A stretch of DNA of 39,539 nucleotides, taken from Sulfurimonadaceae bacterium (GTDB lineage Bacteria > Campylobacterota > Campylobacteria > Campylobacterales > Sulfurimonadaceae). Location of the stretch: NCBI GenBank assembly GCA_041548245.1, contig JBFESZ010000008.1, forward strand, positions 1 through 39,539. The letters run 5' to 3'. Both the position numbers and the translations under genes were made by a program. This document shows, piece by piece, positions 1-9,012 of this stretch. Below the pieces are notes generated by a model. That model made no database searches and had not been told where the DNA came from. It worked only from the letters and a program-made list of their open reading frames with translations. The first letter of the stretch is position 1; the number at the start of each line of letters is the position of its first letter.

Positions 1-2
1 AT

Positions 3-1337
3 GTACATATAGCTATTTTTTCTTTGATGGCAGTTTTATTCTCAGCCTGTGTTGAGCCAGAAGTAAATGAGTTTACTCAATTGCGGATCGATATGGAAAA
101 ACACAGGGAAAGAATGTTTGCCCAAAGCATTAAGGATATGGAAAAACAAAAGGTTACTTCATATACAAAACGTAAGCAACCAAGTATCATAGATCCGGAG
201 ATAGAACTAAAAAAACAGCAAGAAGAAGAGCGCAAACGATGGATGGCTGTTGGAATAGACGAGGATGAGGCTGAAGATTGGAAAGCACTTAATCTAAGTC
301 CTAAAAGTGCAGCACGCTGGAAAAAAACAGACTTGAGTTATACAACGATCAGTGTTATGCTCAAGAAAGATGTTTCTCCGGCAGAGGCAGTTGCCTTTAT
401 TAATCAGAAGTTTGACAAAAGACCGAAAGCTTTTGGTTCTTTTGCTGAACCTTTATACGATTTTTCGGACAATTGTAAAGAGATACTAAAAGCAGATTAT
501 GAGGAGTTTTCTCTTGTCAACAAACAATGTAAGGAATATGTCCACAGGGCTGACGTGACTGCAGTCTCGGGATATCTGGCAGACGAGTATGAAGATACGG
601 ACCTTTCATTAGAATATATCTCCAAACTGCGACAGATGGATAGTGAAAAAGAGTACCTTTCGAAACTTATCAACAAGCAGAGTGAAAAATCGATGATCAA
701 TGCGAACGTAGAACAGTTTGCTCTTCTTTTTCCTATGGTAAATAAAGCACCCACAAAAGAAGAGATGTATTTTGTTGCGAAGCACAAGATATCAGTGCAA
801 GATTCAAGTCGATACAAGTCCAATAAGTATTATGCTTTCTGGATTGAGAAAGAGAAACAGGAAAAAGAGGCGCGTGTAAAAGCCATCAGACAGCAGCAGG
901 CATTGAAAGAAGCGAAAGAAGCACGGCTTAAAGCGGAAGCCTATCGTATGAAAGCACTCGCTTATAACAAGATGGTGGCTTCAGAGTGTGGTGATATCGT
1001 CTCTTCTCATCCAACGACAGGAGAGAAGGTCCATGTCGAAGGCAAAGTACTATATTTTGTGGGCAAGAGAGGAAGTAATATTTTTGCTTATGTCGTAAAA
1101 AACAATAAAGATGGAAGAAACTACCTTGTTCGTGAGCCTAATAGTCAAAAGTCGGTCAATATCGGTGATGAGATTTCATGGATAGCCTCAACAGTCGGGC
1201 GTGTTGTGAGTGTAACACTTGAAGAAGATGGGACAGCTACGTATAATCGTTATGATGATGAGAGTCAGGAGTTCTTTCCTCTTTTAAAATATACTTCGGA
1301 ATGTCCGCATCACACCAGAAGTTTGACAGCCTTATAA
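3..1337 (+). CDS. Uncharacterised lipoprotein, probably 5'-truncated by the window edge
   Basis: The frame is open from base 3 (VHIAIFSLMAVLFSAC), giving a hydrophobic signal ending in lipobox FSA-C. A coiled-coil K/E-rich middle and a beta-rich C-terminal domain follow. The true start probably lies upstream of base 1. Confidence 0.7.
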   Translation, partial: VHIAIFSLMAVLFSACVEPEVNEFTQLRIDMEKHRERMFAQSIKDMEKQKVTSYTKRKQPSIIDPEIELKKQQEEERKRWMAVGIDEDEAEDWKALNLSPKSAARWKKTDLSYTTISVMLKKDVSPAEAVAFINQKFDKRPKAFGSFAEPLYDFSDNCKEILKADYEEFSLVNKQCKEYVHRADVTAVSGYLADEYEDTDLSLEYISKLRQMDSEKEYLSKLINKQSEKSMINANVEQFALLFPMVNKAPTKEEMYFVAKHKISVQDSSRYKSNKYYAFWIEKEKQEKEARVKAIRQQQALKEAKEARLKAEAYRMKALAYNKMVASECGDIVSSHPTTGEKVHVEGKVLYFVGKRGSNIFAYVVKNNKDGRNYLVREPNSQKSVNIGDEISWIASTVGRVVSVTLEEDGTATYNRYDDESQEFFPLLKYTSECPHHTRSLTAL

Positions 1338-1895
1338 TTATTTTTTGGTGTGAGCACTAAGGTACCACCATATCAGAGCAATGATGCTCAATAGTGCAAT
1401 AGGTGCTATATAGGGGCGTTGAGCGATGATTTCATAAGCTGATTTTATTGCTTCGCCTGCCATGTAGCTAACCGTTCCTATAATAAGGGCCCAAATCGCG
1501 GAAGCAAACAGGTTTAACAGGGTGAACTTTTTAAAGTCATACTTCGTAAGACCGATGGCCAAGGGAATAAGGGTCTTTATACCATAGATATATTTTTGTA
1601 AAAATATTACCCACGAGCCATGTCTCTTCATAAGCAGATGCGAAAGGGCAAGTTTTCGCTTGTGCCTGTGCAAATACCCCATTACGTCTTTTTTATTGTA
1701 GCGTCCCATGTAAAAAAGCATAGTATCACCAAGAAAGTTTGCGATGAAAGCGACCAAGATGGCAGTCTCTAAATTCATATGACCGGTATAGGACAGTACA
1801 CCGGCTCCCATTAATGCAATAAAACCACCACCAAAGGAGTACAAGAAAAGTACGATATACCCATAGGTCTCTAAATTTGTCAACATATCTTCCAT
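1338..1895 (-). CDS. DedA/SNARE-associated family membrane protein
   Basis: Motifs ANFLGDTMLFYMGR and FLQKYIYGIKTLIPLAIGLTKYDFKKFTLLNLFASAIWA; multiple TM segments. Confidence 0.9.
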   Translation of the reverse strand: MEDMLTNLETYGYIVLFLYSFGGGFIALMGAGVLSYTGHMNLETAILVAFIANFLGDTMLFYMGRYNKKDVMGYLHRHKRKLALSHLLMKRHGSWVIFLQKYIYGIKTLIPLAIGLTKYDFKKFTLLNLFASAIWALIIGTVSYMAGEAIKSAYEIIAQRPYIAPIALLSIIALIWWYLSAHTKK

Positions 1896-1919
1896 AAGGG
1901 TCCTAAAAAGTTTTTTACA

Positions 1920-1949
1920 AGTTTACACACAATTTGATTTCAGTATAAT
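1920..1949. promoter_or_regulatory. Divergent sigma70 -10 elements
   Basis: TAAACT on the minus strand (1920-1925) towards dedA; TATAAT on the plus strand (1944-1949) towards the TPR gene. Confidence 0.5.
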
Positions 1950-1970
1950 AAAGCAATTATATTTTATAGG

Positions 1971-2561
1971 ATGAAGATGACACCTTTTCAGATCATTTTA
2001 ATGCTTGTCGCAGGTTTTTTTGCTTATCAGGTATATGTATATATTCAGGGAATAGATGAGGATGCCGAACCGGAGTCCATGAGAGAGGCAGAAGTAGTCG
2101 AAGCTCCGCTTCCGAGTGTAGATGAACTGATAGCAGAGGCTGATCAAGCCTATATGAACGATGAGATAGAGAGGGCCGGTTCTTTATTAGAAAATATCGT
2201 GCGTAACTATCCTGAAATCGCTGAAGCCAGAAACAAGTTGGCCTTTGTCTTATCCAAACAGGGTGATTATGAAGGAGCTGTAAGAGAATATGAGGCTTCT
2301 TTGGAGATTGAGGCTAATGATGATATGACGCATAACGCTCTTGCAACACTTCTGGCTTCTATAGATGAAAACGAAAGAGCACAAATGCATTATAAGAAAG
2401 CAATCGAGATTGATGACAATTATGAAGTGACATGGTTTAATTATGCGAATTTGATGCTCAAATTAGATAAAAAAGACGAAGCGAGACAGATGTATCAGAG
2501 GGCATTTGATATCGACCCTGATTTTGAACAGGCGCGTGAAGCTTTGGAGAGTCTGAAATGA
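1971..2561 (+). CDS. Membrane-anchored tetratricopeptide repeat protein
   Basis: N-terminal TM helix, acidic linker and about 4 TPR units (ARNKLAFVL...A...YE.SLEI; WFNYANL...A...YQRAFDIDP). The start may be ATG 1977. Confidence 0.85.
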   Translation: MKMTPFQIILMLVAGFFAYQVYVYIQGIDEDAEPESMREAEVVEAPLPSVDELIAEADQAYMNDEIERAGSLLENIVRNYPEIAEARNKLAFVLSKQGDYEGAVREYEASLEIEANDDMTHNALATLLASIDENERAQMHYKKAIEIDDNYEVTWFNYANLMLKLDKKDEARQMYQRAFDIDPDFEQAREALESLK

Positions 2562-3301
2562 CCAATGATCAAAGATCCTTGGCCGTAATCATCGATGCGG
2601 ATAACTCTCAGCCGTCAATCATTGAAGGACTGATGGAAGAGATTGCGAAATATGGTGTTGCCTCCGTCAAACGGATTTACGGGGACTGGACCGATCCTCG
2701 TTTAAAAGGCTGGAAGGCACATCTGTTAGGACATGGCATACAGCCCATGCAGCAGTTCGGATATACGGTAGGTAAGAACGCTACAGATTCGGCTATGATC
2801 ATTGATGCGATGGACCTGCTCTATACCGACAAGTTCGATGGTTTTTGTATCGTCTCCTCAGACAGTGATTTTACCCGTTTGGCCCTTAGAATACGGGAGT
2901 CGGGTTTAAGTGTCTATGGTTTTGGAGAGAAAAAAACGCCCAAGGCTTTTTTGGCTGCTTGTGATAAGTTTATCTATACGGAAAACCTGCGCAAAGAGAA
3001 AAAAGGTGCTCCTGTAAAGAAGCGCTCAGCTAAAAAAGATTTGGTCAATGATGAGAATCTCAGGGAGGTACTGAAGAATGTTGTCGAAGACACGGCAGAT
3101 GACTCCGGTTGGTCATATTTGACCCATGTGCGTCAGACTATTGCCAATAGACATCCGGAATTCGATCCAAGAAACTACGGGTTTTCAAGAATGATTGATC
3201 TGATCAGTTCTCTAGGGATGTTTGAGATTAAAAAGAATGACCCGTTTTCTCATGACAAGGCGATATACATTCGTTGCAAGCGGGAAAAACGTTCATACTG
3301 A
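2558..3301 (+). CDS. NYN-domain (LabA/DUF88, PIN-fold) protein with C-terminal OST-HTH/LOTUS domain
   Basis: Acidic motifs IIDADN, GKNATDSAMIIDAMD and SSDSDF; C-terminal FDPRNYGFSR LOTUS signature. ATGA overlap with the TPR gene. Confidence 0.9.
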   Translation: MTNDQRSLAVIIDADNSQPSIIEGLMEEIAKYGVASVKRIYGDWTDPRLKGWKAHLLGHGIQPMQQFGYTVGKNATDSAMIIDAMDLLYTDKFDGFCIVSSDSDFTRLALRIRESGLSVYGFGEKKTPKAFLAACDKFIYTENLRKEKKGAPVKKRSAKKDLVNDENLREVLKNVVEDTADDSGWSYLTHVRQTIANRHPEFDPRNYGFSRMIDLISSLGMFEIKKNDPFSHDKAIYIRCKREKRSY

Positions 3302-3361
3302 TTCAAGGTTTGTCATACTGAGGTTCAGTTTGAACAAGTATAGGTTAGAATAGGAGAAACG

Positions 3362-4084
3362 ATGAGTGTTGAAGATATATACAGAATTTTAGACGAGATA
3401 TCGCCGTTTGAACTTCAGGAGTCTTGGGACAACTCAGGACTTTTGGTCGGGGATTGGAAACAGGATGTTGATCAGGTCGTATTGAGTATCGATCTGGATG
3501 AAGAGCTGCTTGAGAGTCTAAGTGAAAACACGCTTGTCATAACGCACCATCCAATCATCTTTGGCGGATTGAAGCAGCTGCAGTTCAATCAATACCCTGC
3601 AAGACTTTTGCAGACCATGCTGAAAAAAAACATCTCCAATATAGCAATGCATACTAATTTTGATCAGACCCATTTGAATGCCTATGTCGCTACGCAGGTC
3701 TTGGGATATGAGATCAATGAAAAAGAGGGCTTTGTCGCTTATATAGACCTGGACGAGGAGTTTGACGTATTTGCCAGAAATATTGCACGCAAGCTTGGAC
3801 TTGAGCACATTAAATGCATCAAGAACCATGAAAGAGTCAGACGTATTGCATTGACAACCGGTTCAGGAGCTTCACTGATGAAGATGATCAAGGCAGATTG
3901 CTTTTTGACGGGTGATATCAAGTATCATGATGCGATGGAAGCGAAAACAATAGGATTATCGATGATCGACATCGGACATTTTGAAAGTGAACGCTATTTT
4001 GGTGAAGTTTTGGCAAAAGATTTGGAAAATTTAGGATTAAGCGTTATAATTTCATCATCAAATAACCCCTTTACATATTTGTAA
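3362..4084 (+). CDS. Nif3-like dinuclear metal centre protein (DUF34)
   Basis: WDNSGLLVG, ITHHP, MHTNFD, TGDIKYH and GHFESE motifs; AGGAG RBS. Confidence 0.95.
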   Translation: MSVEDIYRILDEISPFELQESWDNSGLLVGDWKQDVDQVVLSIDLDEELLESLSENTLVITHHPIIFGGLKQLQFNQYPARLLQTMLKKNISNIAMHTNFDQTHLNAYVATQVLGYEINEKEGFVAYIDLDEEFDVFARNIARKLGLEHIKCIKNHERVRRIALTTGSGASLMKMIKADCFLTGDIKYHDAMEAKTIGLSMIDIGHFESERYFGEVLAKDLENLGLSVIISSSNNPFTYL

Positions 4085-4096
4085 CCAAGGAAAACA

Positions 4097-4819
4097 ATGA
4101 ATAAGCACCTACAACAACTGGTTGATTTGTCAAAAATCGATAAAGAGATCGATTCTTTTGAGCCAAAAATCGAAGAAGCAAATCACAAATACGAGACTGT
4201 GCTTGCAACAAAAGAGAGTATTGAAAAACAAATCTCCACATTAGAAGAAGAGATTAAACAAGAACAACTTAAAAAACAGAAAAATGAGCTTCATCTTGCA
4301 GAGTTGACAGATAAGTTGACTGAAAACGCAAAGAAAAGCGCCGAGATCAAGACAGAACGTGAGATGAAGTCGCTTCAACTGGAAGAAGAGATCGCCAAAG
4401 AACAAGTTGACTTTGCTAATGAAGAGATTGCACGTCTTGAAAAAGTGATCGATACGAAACAAGACCTGATTGAGACTCAAAAAGCTTTGATCTCTGAAGC
4501 TGAAGAAAAAACAGTGGCCGTCAAAGCAGAAGTCGATGCTGTTCTGGAAGAGATTAATGCTGAACGTCAAAAAGTATTTGTCAAAAAAGACAAACTTGTC
4601 TCAGAGATGAACCAAAAAGGGCTTTCGTTTTATCAGAAGATCCGTCGTTGGGCAAAAAACACGACAGCTGTTCCAGTTAGAAATCAAGCATGTTATGGTT
4701 GTTTTATGACGATCAATGACAAGACCTATGCCGATGTTATCAAGGGTGAAGAGATCACTACATGTCCTCACTGTGGACGTATCCTATACATCGATAATGA
4801 CGAAGAGCAGACTGCATAA
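4097..4819 (+). CDS. Coiled-coil plus C4 zinc-ribbon protein (HP0958/CT398-like)
   Basis: Long coiled coil followed by CYGC...CPHCGRILY; follows nif3 as usual. Confidence 0.9.
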   Translation: MNKHLQQLVDLSKIDKEIDSFEPKIEEANHKYETVLATKESIEKQISTLEEEIKQEQLKKQKNELHLAELTDKLTENAKKSAEIKTEREMKSLQLEEEIAKEQVDFANEEIARLEKVIDTKQDLIETQKALISEAEEKTVAVKAEVDAVLEEINAERQKVFVKKDKLVSEMNQKGLSFYQKIRRWAKNTTAVPVRNQACYGCFMTINDKTYADVIKGEEITTCPHCGRILYIDNDEEQTA

Positions 4820-4865
4820 ATAAAAAGACCCCTTGGCGGGTCGTTAATTCAGCGAGGGAGTACCC

Positions 4866-6047
4866 TTGAGACACATTTTTACCTACATCTACTATCTATT
4901 GGCGTTGTCGCTTTATATCATAGCTATTCCTCTGATTCTTTATTTGTCATTTAAGTCGAAGTACAAGCAATCCTTGCCAGCACGGTTTTTCTTGCAGAAA
5001 ACCCCACGCTTTTGCAAAGAGGGGATATGGTTTCATGCCTGCAGTCTGGGTGAAGCAAAAGCACTTGCTCCGCTTATTAACAATATAAGCAAGGCACAGG
5101 TGAACATCTCGGTCATTACACATACGGGTTTTTCGGCTGCATCGGCTTATCAAAAGGCTGATGTACGTTACCTCCCTTATGAGATATTTTTACCGTTTTG
5201 GCAGAAGAGACAAAGGCTGTTGATTGTACTTGAGGCTGAACTCTGGTATTTGCTCTTTCTAGTAGCGGCACAAAAAGGTACAAAGACTATTCTTTTAAAC
5301 GCACGTATTTCAGATAGAAGTTATCCTAAATATCTAAAGATGAGATGGTTTTATAGTCGATTGTTTCAGTACGTTGATAGGATATATGTTCAAAGTGATG
5401 TGGACAAACAGCGATTTGAGTCTCTAGGTGCAAAGCATATCAAAGTTATCGGAAATATCAAGTTAGCTCAAAAGGTAATGGCAACAGAGCACTATAGCAA
5501 GCCAGAAGGATTGACTATTGTTGGTGGCAGTACGCATGAAGGTGAAGAAAAGATCATCGTAGATGCGTTTATGACCTTTAAGAAAGTACACAAAGGCAGG
5601 CTTCGTCTTGTCATCGTGCCTCGTCATCCTGAACGTTTTGAAGCCGTGGCAAAGATGATGCAGACCTATGCGAAAGAGCATAAGCTTGGTTTCTCTCGTT
5701 TTTCACAAGACACGAGCCTGGATAGAGACTTGATTCTTGTGGACAAGATGGGGGAACTCAATAATATTTATGCAATCAGTGACATTGCTGTCCTAGGGGG
5801 TGCTTTCGCGCCGATAGGTGGGCATAACCCGCTTGAACCTGTGGCTTTTAGATGTAAGATTATCTCCGGAAAGCAGATATTCAACCAGCAAGAGCTGTTT
5901 AAATATGTCAAGCATGCCCAGTTGGTAGAAGAGAATGAACTTGCGGAGGCTTTTGCCAAAGCCTTAGATATGCCAGTATCCAGCGTCGATGAGAAAGTCG
6001 ACCTGTATGAGATCAATAAGTTAATCAAGGAATACGATTATGAATAA
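4866..6047 (+). CDS. waaA: Kdo transferase (3-deoxy-D-manno-octulosonic acid transferase)
   Basis: WFHACSLGE, EAELW, NARISDRS, GSTHEGEE, VPRHPERF and GGHNPLEP motifs; TTG start. Confidence 0.95.
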   Translation: MRHIFTYIYYLLALSLYIIAIPLILYLSFKSKYKQSLPARFFLQKTPRFCKEGIWFHACSLGEAKALAPLINNISKAQVNISVITHTGFSAASAYQKADVRYLPYEIFLPFWQKRQRLLIVLEAELWYLLFLVAAQKGTKTILLNARISDRSYPKYLKMRWFYSRLFQYVDRIYVQSDVDKQRFESLGAKHIKVIGNIKLAQKVMATEHYSKPEGLTIVGGSTHEGEEKIIVDAFMTFKKVHKGRLRLVIVPRHPERFEAVAKMMQTYAKEHKLGFSRFSQDTSLDRDLILVDKMGELNNIYAISDIAVLGGAFAPIGGHNPLEPVAFRCKIISGKQIFNQQELFKYVKHAQLVEENELAEAFAKALDMPVSSVDEKVDLYEINKLIKEYDYE

Positions 6048-6795
6048 AACAACACAAGATAAAGCCTATAAAGTACTGGCTGAACAAGAAGGAATCTCAA
6101 ATTCCAAGGCCAAAGAACTGATTGACAAAGGGTTGGTCTATGTGGGCAACCGAAAGGTCGTTATTGCCCGAGGAAATGTTCCGTTGAAGACAAAGTTTCG
6201 TATTGAAAAGATAGAGAAGGTCAAAGTGATCTATGAGAACAATGAGATGGTCGTTGTCGACAAGCCGGCATTCTTAAGTTCTGAAGAGATTGAACAACAG
6301 TTTAATGGTACACGACTTTTGCACCGACTTGATAGAGAGACCTCAGGTGTTCTGGTATTGTGCAAAGATGAGGAGTTCAGACTCAAGGCGATTGAAGAGT
6401 TTAAACATGACAGAGTCTATAAAGAGTATATTGCCTGGGTGGATGGCGATGTTATCGAAGAGTTTGAGATCGATAAGCCTATCTTGACGGAAAAGCATAA
6501 CAACAAGGCCAAGTCTAAAATATCCGCTTCAAAAGGTAAGCCTGCACGTACAGAGGTCTTTCCTTTGATGGTAGTCAATCATAAATCTAAGATTAAATTA
6601 GTGATTCATGAAGGCCGAACACACCAGATTAGGGTACATCTAAGGAGCGAAAACCTACCGATCATAGGGGATGAGCTTTATGGCGGACGCCGTGCAAAAC
6701 GGATGATGTTGCATGCACATAAGATGAAGATATTTGATAAAGAGTTCGTCTCACCTGAACCTAAAGAGTACAAGCATATCGGTGGCGGTGAGTAG
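6040..6795 (+). CDS. RluA/RluD-family RNA pseudouridine synthase with S4-like N-terminus
   Basis: HRLDRETSG catalytic motif, GRTHQIRVH, PIIGDELYG, MLHA. Confidence 0.92.
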   Translation: MNKTTQDKAYKVLAEQEGISNSKAKELIDKGLVYVGNRKVVIARGNVPLKTKFRIEKIEKVKVIYENNEMVVVDKPAFLSSEEIEQQFNGTRLLHRLDRETSGVLVLCKDEEFRLKAIEEFKHDRVYKEYIAWVDGDVIEEFEIDKPILTEKHNNKAKSKISASKGKPARTEVFPLMVVNHKSKIKLVIHEGRTHQIRVHLRSENLPIIGDELYGGRRAKRMMLHAHKMKIFDKEFVSPEPKEYKHIGGGE

Positions 6796-6832
6796 GCCTC
6801 TTGTATAAAGTAGCTCTAAAGTAAGAATAAAC

Positions 6833-6838
6833 TATAAT
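6833..6838 (+). promoter_or_regulatory. Putative -10 element of ffh
   Basis: TATAAT 36 nt upstream of the ATG, with an AGGA RBS downstream. Confidence 0.45.
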
Positions 6839-6874
6839 CCCAAAATCAATTAGCAAGAAGAAATAGGAAAAAAT

Positions 6875-8227
6875 ATGTTCGATACCCTCACCAGTTCATT
6901 TACATCAGCGATTAAAAAGATTCGTTTTCATGATGATGAGAAGGCCCTTAAGAAAGCACTGGACGAGCTTAAGAAGAACCTCTTAAAAGCAGATGTCAAT
7001 CATAAAGTTGTAAAACAGCTTTTGACTGATGTGGAGTTGGATGTCAAAGCAGCAGGAATCGGTAAAGACCAGTTTCTCAATGCTATGCAGACACGTCTTC
7101 ATGAACTCCTCCTTGTTCCTGGTCACCAGGGTTTTGTTTTTGCCTCCAAACCACCGACCACGATATTGATGATGGGTCTTCAAGGTTCAGGTAAGACAAC
7201 GACAACGGGAAAACTTGCCTATTACCTAAAATCTAAACAGAAAAAAGTGCTTGTAACTGCGGCCGATCTTCAGCGTATGGCCGCGGTTGAACAACTTAAA
7301 CAGGTGGCCTCTTCAGTTGAAGTCGACGTGTATGCAGATGAGAATGAAAAAGACCCGGTTAAGATCGCAAAAGCAGCGATGAAAAAAGCAGAAGATGGGC
7401 TGTATGATGTTCTCTTGATCGATACGGCAGGCCGTTTGGCCATTGATGAAGAGTTGATGGCTGAACTTAAGGCTGTAAAGGATGCTGTGAATCCGGATGA
7501 GGTCTTTTATGTGGCCGATTCATTGACAGGACAGGACTCTGTACGTACGGCGTCAAGCTTCAATGAACAGATCGGAATTGACGGTGTTATCTTATCGAAA
7601 TATGATGGTGACTCTAAAGGCGGTGTCGCTTTGGGTATCGCTTCTCAAGTACAGGTCCCGCTTCGTTTTATTGGTAACGGGGAGAAGATGACAGACCTTG
7701 AGGTCTTCTTGCCTGATCGTATTGTCAACCGTTTGATGGGATATGGTGATATTGAAGGTCTTGCAGAGAAGACGGCTAATGTCATTGATGAGAAAAAAGC
7801 CAAAGAGATGACCAAGAAGATCAAGAAGGGTCAGTTTAATTTCAATGACTTCCTTGAGCAGATGGAAAGTATGAAGAAGATGGGTAGTATGAAGTCTATC
7901 ATCGGAATGATCCCAGGAATGGGAGCTATGGGCGATGCACTGAAAAACTTCGATCTTGAAAATTCTGGCGAACTTAAGAGTATTAAAGCAATGGTCTCTT
8001 CGATGACCCCGAAAGAGCGTGAAAATCCTGATCTGTTAAACAATTCAAGAAAACAGCGTATTGCAAAAGGATGTGGTATGGACGCTATGGATGTCAACCG
8101 CGTTTTAAAACAGTTTAAAAATGCTTCGAAGATGGCTAAAAAGTTCTCAGGTAAAAAGGGAATGCAAGACCTTCAAAATATGATGAGTCAAATGCAAGGC
8201 GGCAAGTTGGGTGGATTGCCTAGATAG
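6875..8227 (+). CDS. ffh: Signal recognition particle protein
   Basis: GLQGSGKTTT, DTAGR, SKYDGDSKGG and a Met-rich M domain (SMTPKER). Confidence 0.98.
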   Translation: MFDTLTSSFTSAIKKIRFHDDEKALKKALDELKKNLLKADVNHKVVKQLLTDVELDVKAAGIGKDQFLNAMQTRLHELLLVPGHQGFVFASKPPTTILMMGLQGSGKTTTTGKLAYYLKSKQKKVLVTAADLQRMAAVEQLKQVASSVEVDVYADENEKDPVKIAKAAMKKAEDGLYDVLLIDTAGRLAIDEELMAELKAVKDAVNPDEVFYVADSLTGQDSVRTASSFNEQIGIDGVILSKYDGDSKGGVALGIASQVQVPLRFIGNGEKMTDLEVFLPDRIVNRLMGYGDIEGLAEKTANVIDEKKAKEMTKKIKKGQFNFNDFLEQMESMKKMGSMKSIIGMIPGMGAMGDALKNFDLENSGELKSIKAMVSSMTPKERENPDLLNNSRKQRIAKGCGMDAMDVNRVLKQFKNASKMAKKFSGKKGMQDLQNMMSQMQGGKLGGLPR

Positions 8228-8250
8228 AAGACAAAGGGTGATAGTTCAAG

Positions 8251-8919
8251 ATGAATGATGCACTACAGAACAATGCTTTAATCTTGAAAGAGCTTGAAAA
8301 GTCAAGCAAACTTCCCAAAATCGATGAACAACATCATCTTGTCTTTGAAAAAGGCGAGAATGGTTTTGATACCGGTCATTATTTTTATTTTATTATTTCG
8401 GGAAAGATAAAGGTTTCTGAAGTAAATTTTGAAAATGGTCATGAACAGACACTCTATCTTTTAAGCAGCGGCGATATGCTTGAAGTCACAACCCTATTGG
8501 ATGGGAAACCTCATGATTATTTAATCAATGTGCTTGAACGCAGCGAAGTCATTGCTGTCCCCCTTGAATCTGTACGTAAACTCCTGCATGAGGATCCAAG
8601 TTTTCAAAGTTTCTTTTTCCCCTATGTTGCTGAACAGTTGCGCGCGATGGAGAATCTCGCAGTTGATCTCTCCTTGTATAGTGTCTATCAGCGTATTATT
8701 CGTCTCTTTGCTCGTTTTGTCGACAGTAGTGAGTCAAAACCAAACCTGAAAATACTGGAAGGTTTTTCCCACGAAGAAATTGCTTCAATGGTGGGTTCAG
8801 TGCGCAAGGTGGTCAATCGAGCACTGCAAAAACTTAAAAAAGAGGGCGTGATTGATCTTTCCAGAAAACAGTTAAAACTTACAAGCCTTCAAAAACTTTT
8901 GGATAAATTGGACTTTTAG
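8251..8919 (+). CDS. Crp/Fnr-family transcriptional regulator
   Basis: cNMP-type beta-barrel (FYFIISGKIKVS...EQTLYLLSSGD) and C-terminal HTH (SHEEIASMVGSVRKVVNRALQKLKKEGVI). No cysteines. Confidence 0.92.
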   Translation: MNDALQNNALILKELEKSSKLPKIDEQHHLVFEKGENGFDTGHYFYFIISGKIKVSEVNFENGHEQTLYLLSSGDMLEVTTLLDGKPHDYLINVLERSEVIAVPLESVRKLLHEDPSFQSFFFPYVAEQLRAMENLAVDLSLYSVYQRIIRLFARFVDSSESKPNLKILEGFSHEEIASMVGSVRKVVNRALQKLKKEGVIDLSRKQLKLTSLQKLLDKLDF

Positions 8920-8960
8920 CCACTTAAGTGGCAGAAGATATTTTTTTTCTTTTTTATAAT
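8919..8960 (+). promoter_or_regulatory. hsp20 promoter with a perfect 14-bp palindrome (putative Crp/Fnr site)
   Basis: GCCACTTAAGTGGC at 8919-8932; TATAAT at 8955-8960. Confidence 0.65.
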
Positions 8961-9012
8961 ACTTCTTGAAATTTAAACAACATACTTTAAAAGGTATGCA
9001 AAGGAGTATACG

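Noticed and set aside
4241-4570. Phe/Leu-rich 109-aa antisense ORF resembling a membrane peptide
   Set aside because: It is the mirror of the Lys/Glu (AAA/GAA) codons in the coiled-coil gene and has no independent signals.
8916-8934. TTAGCCACT as a CIRCE (HrcA) half-site
   Set aside because: It does not match TTAGCACTC-N9-GAGTGCTAA in sequence or spacing; the 14-bp palindrome explains it better.
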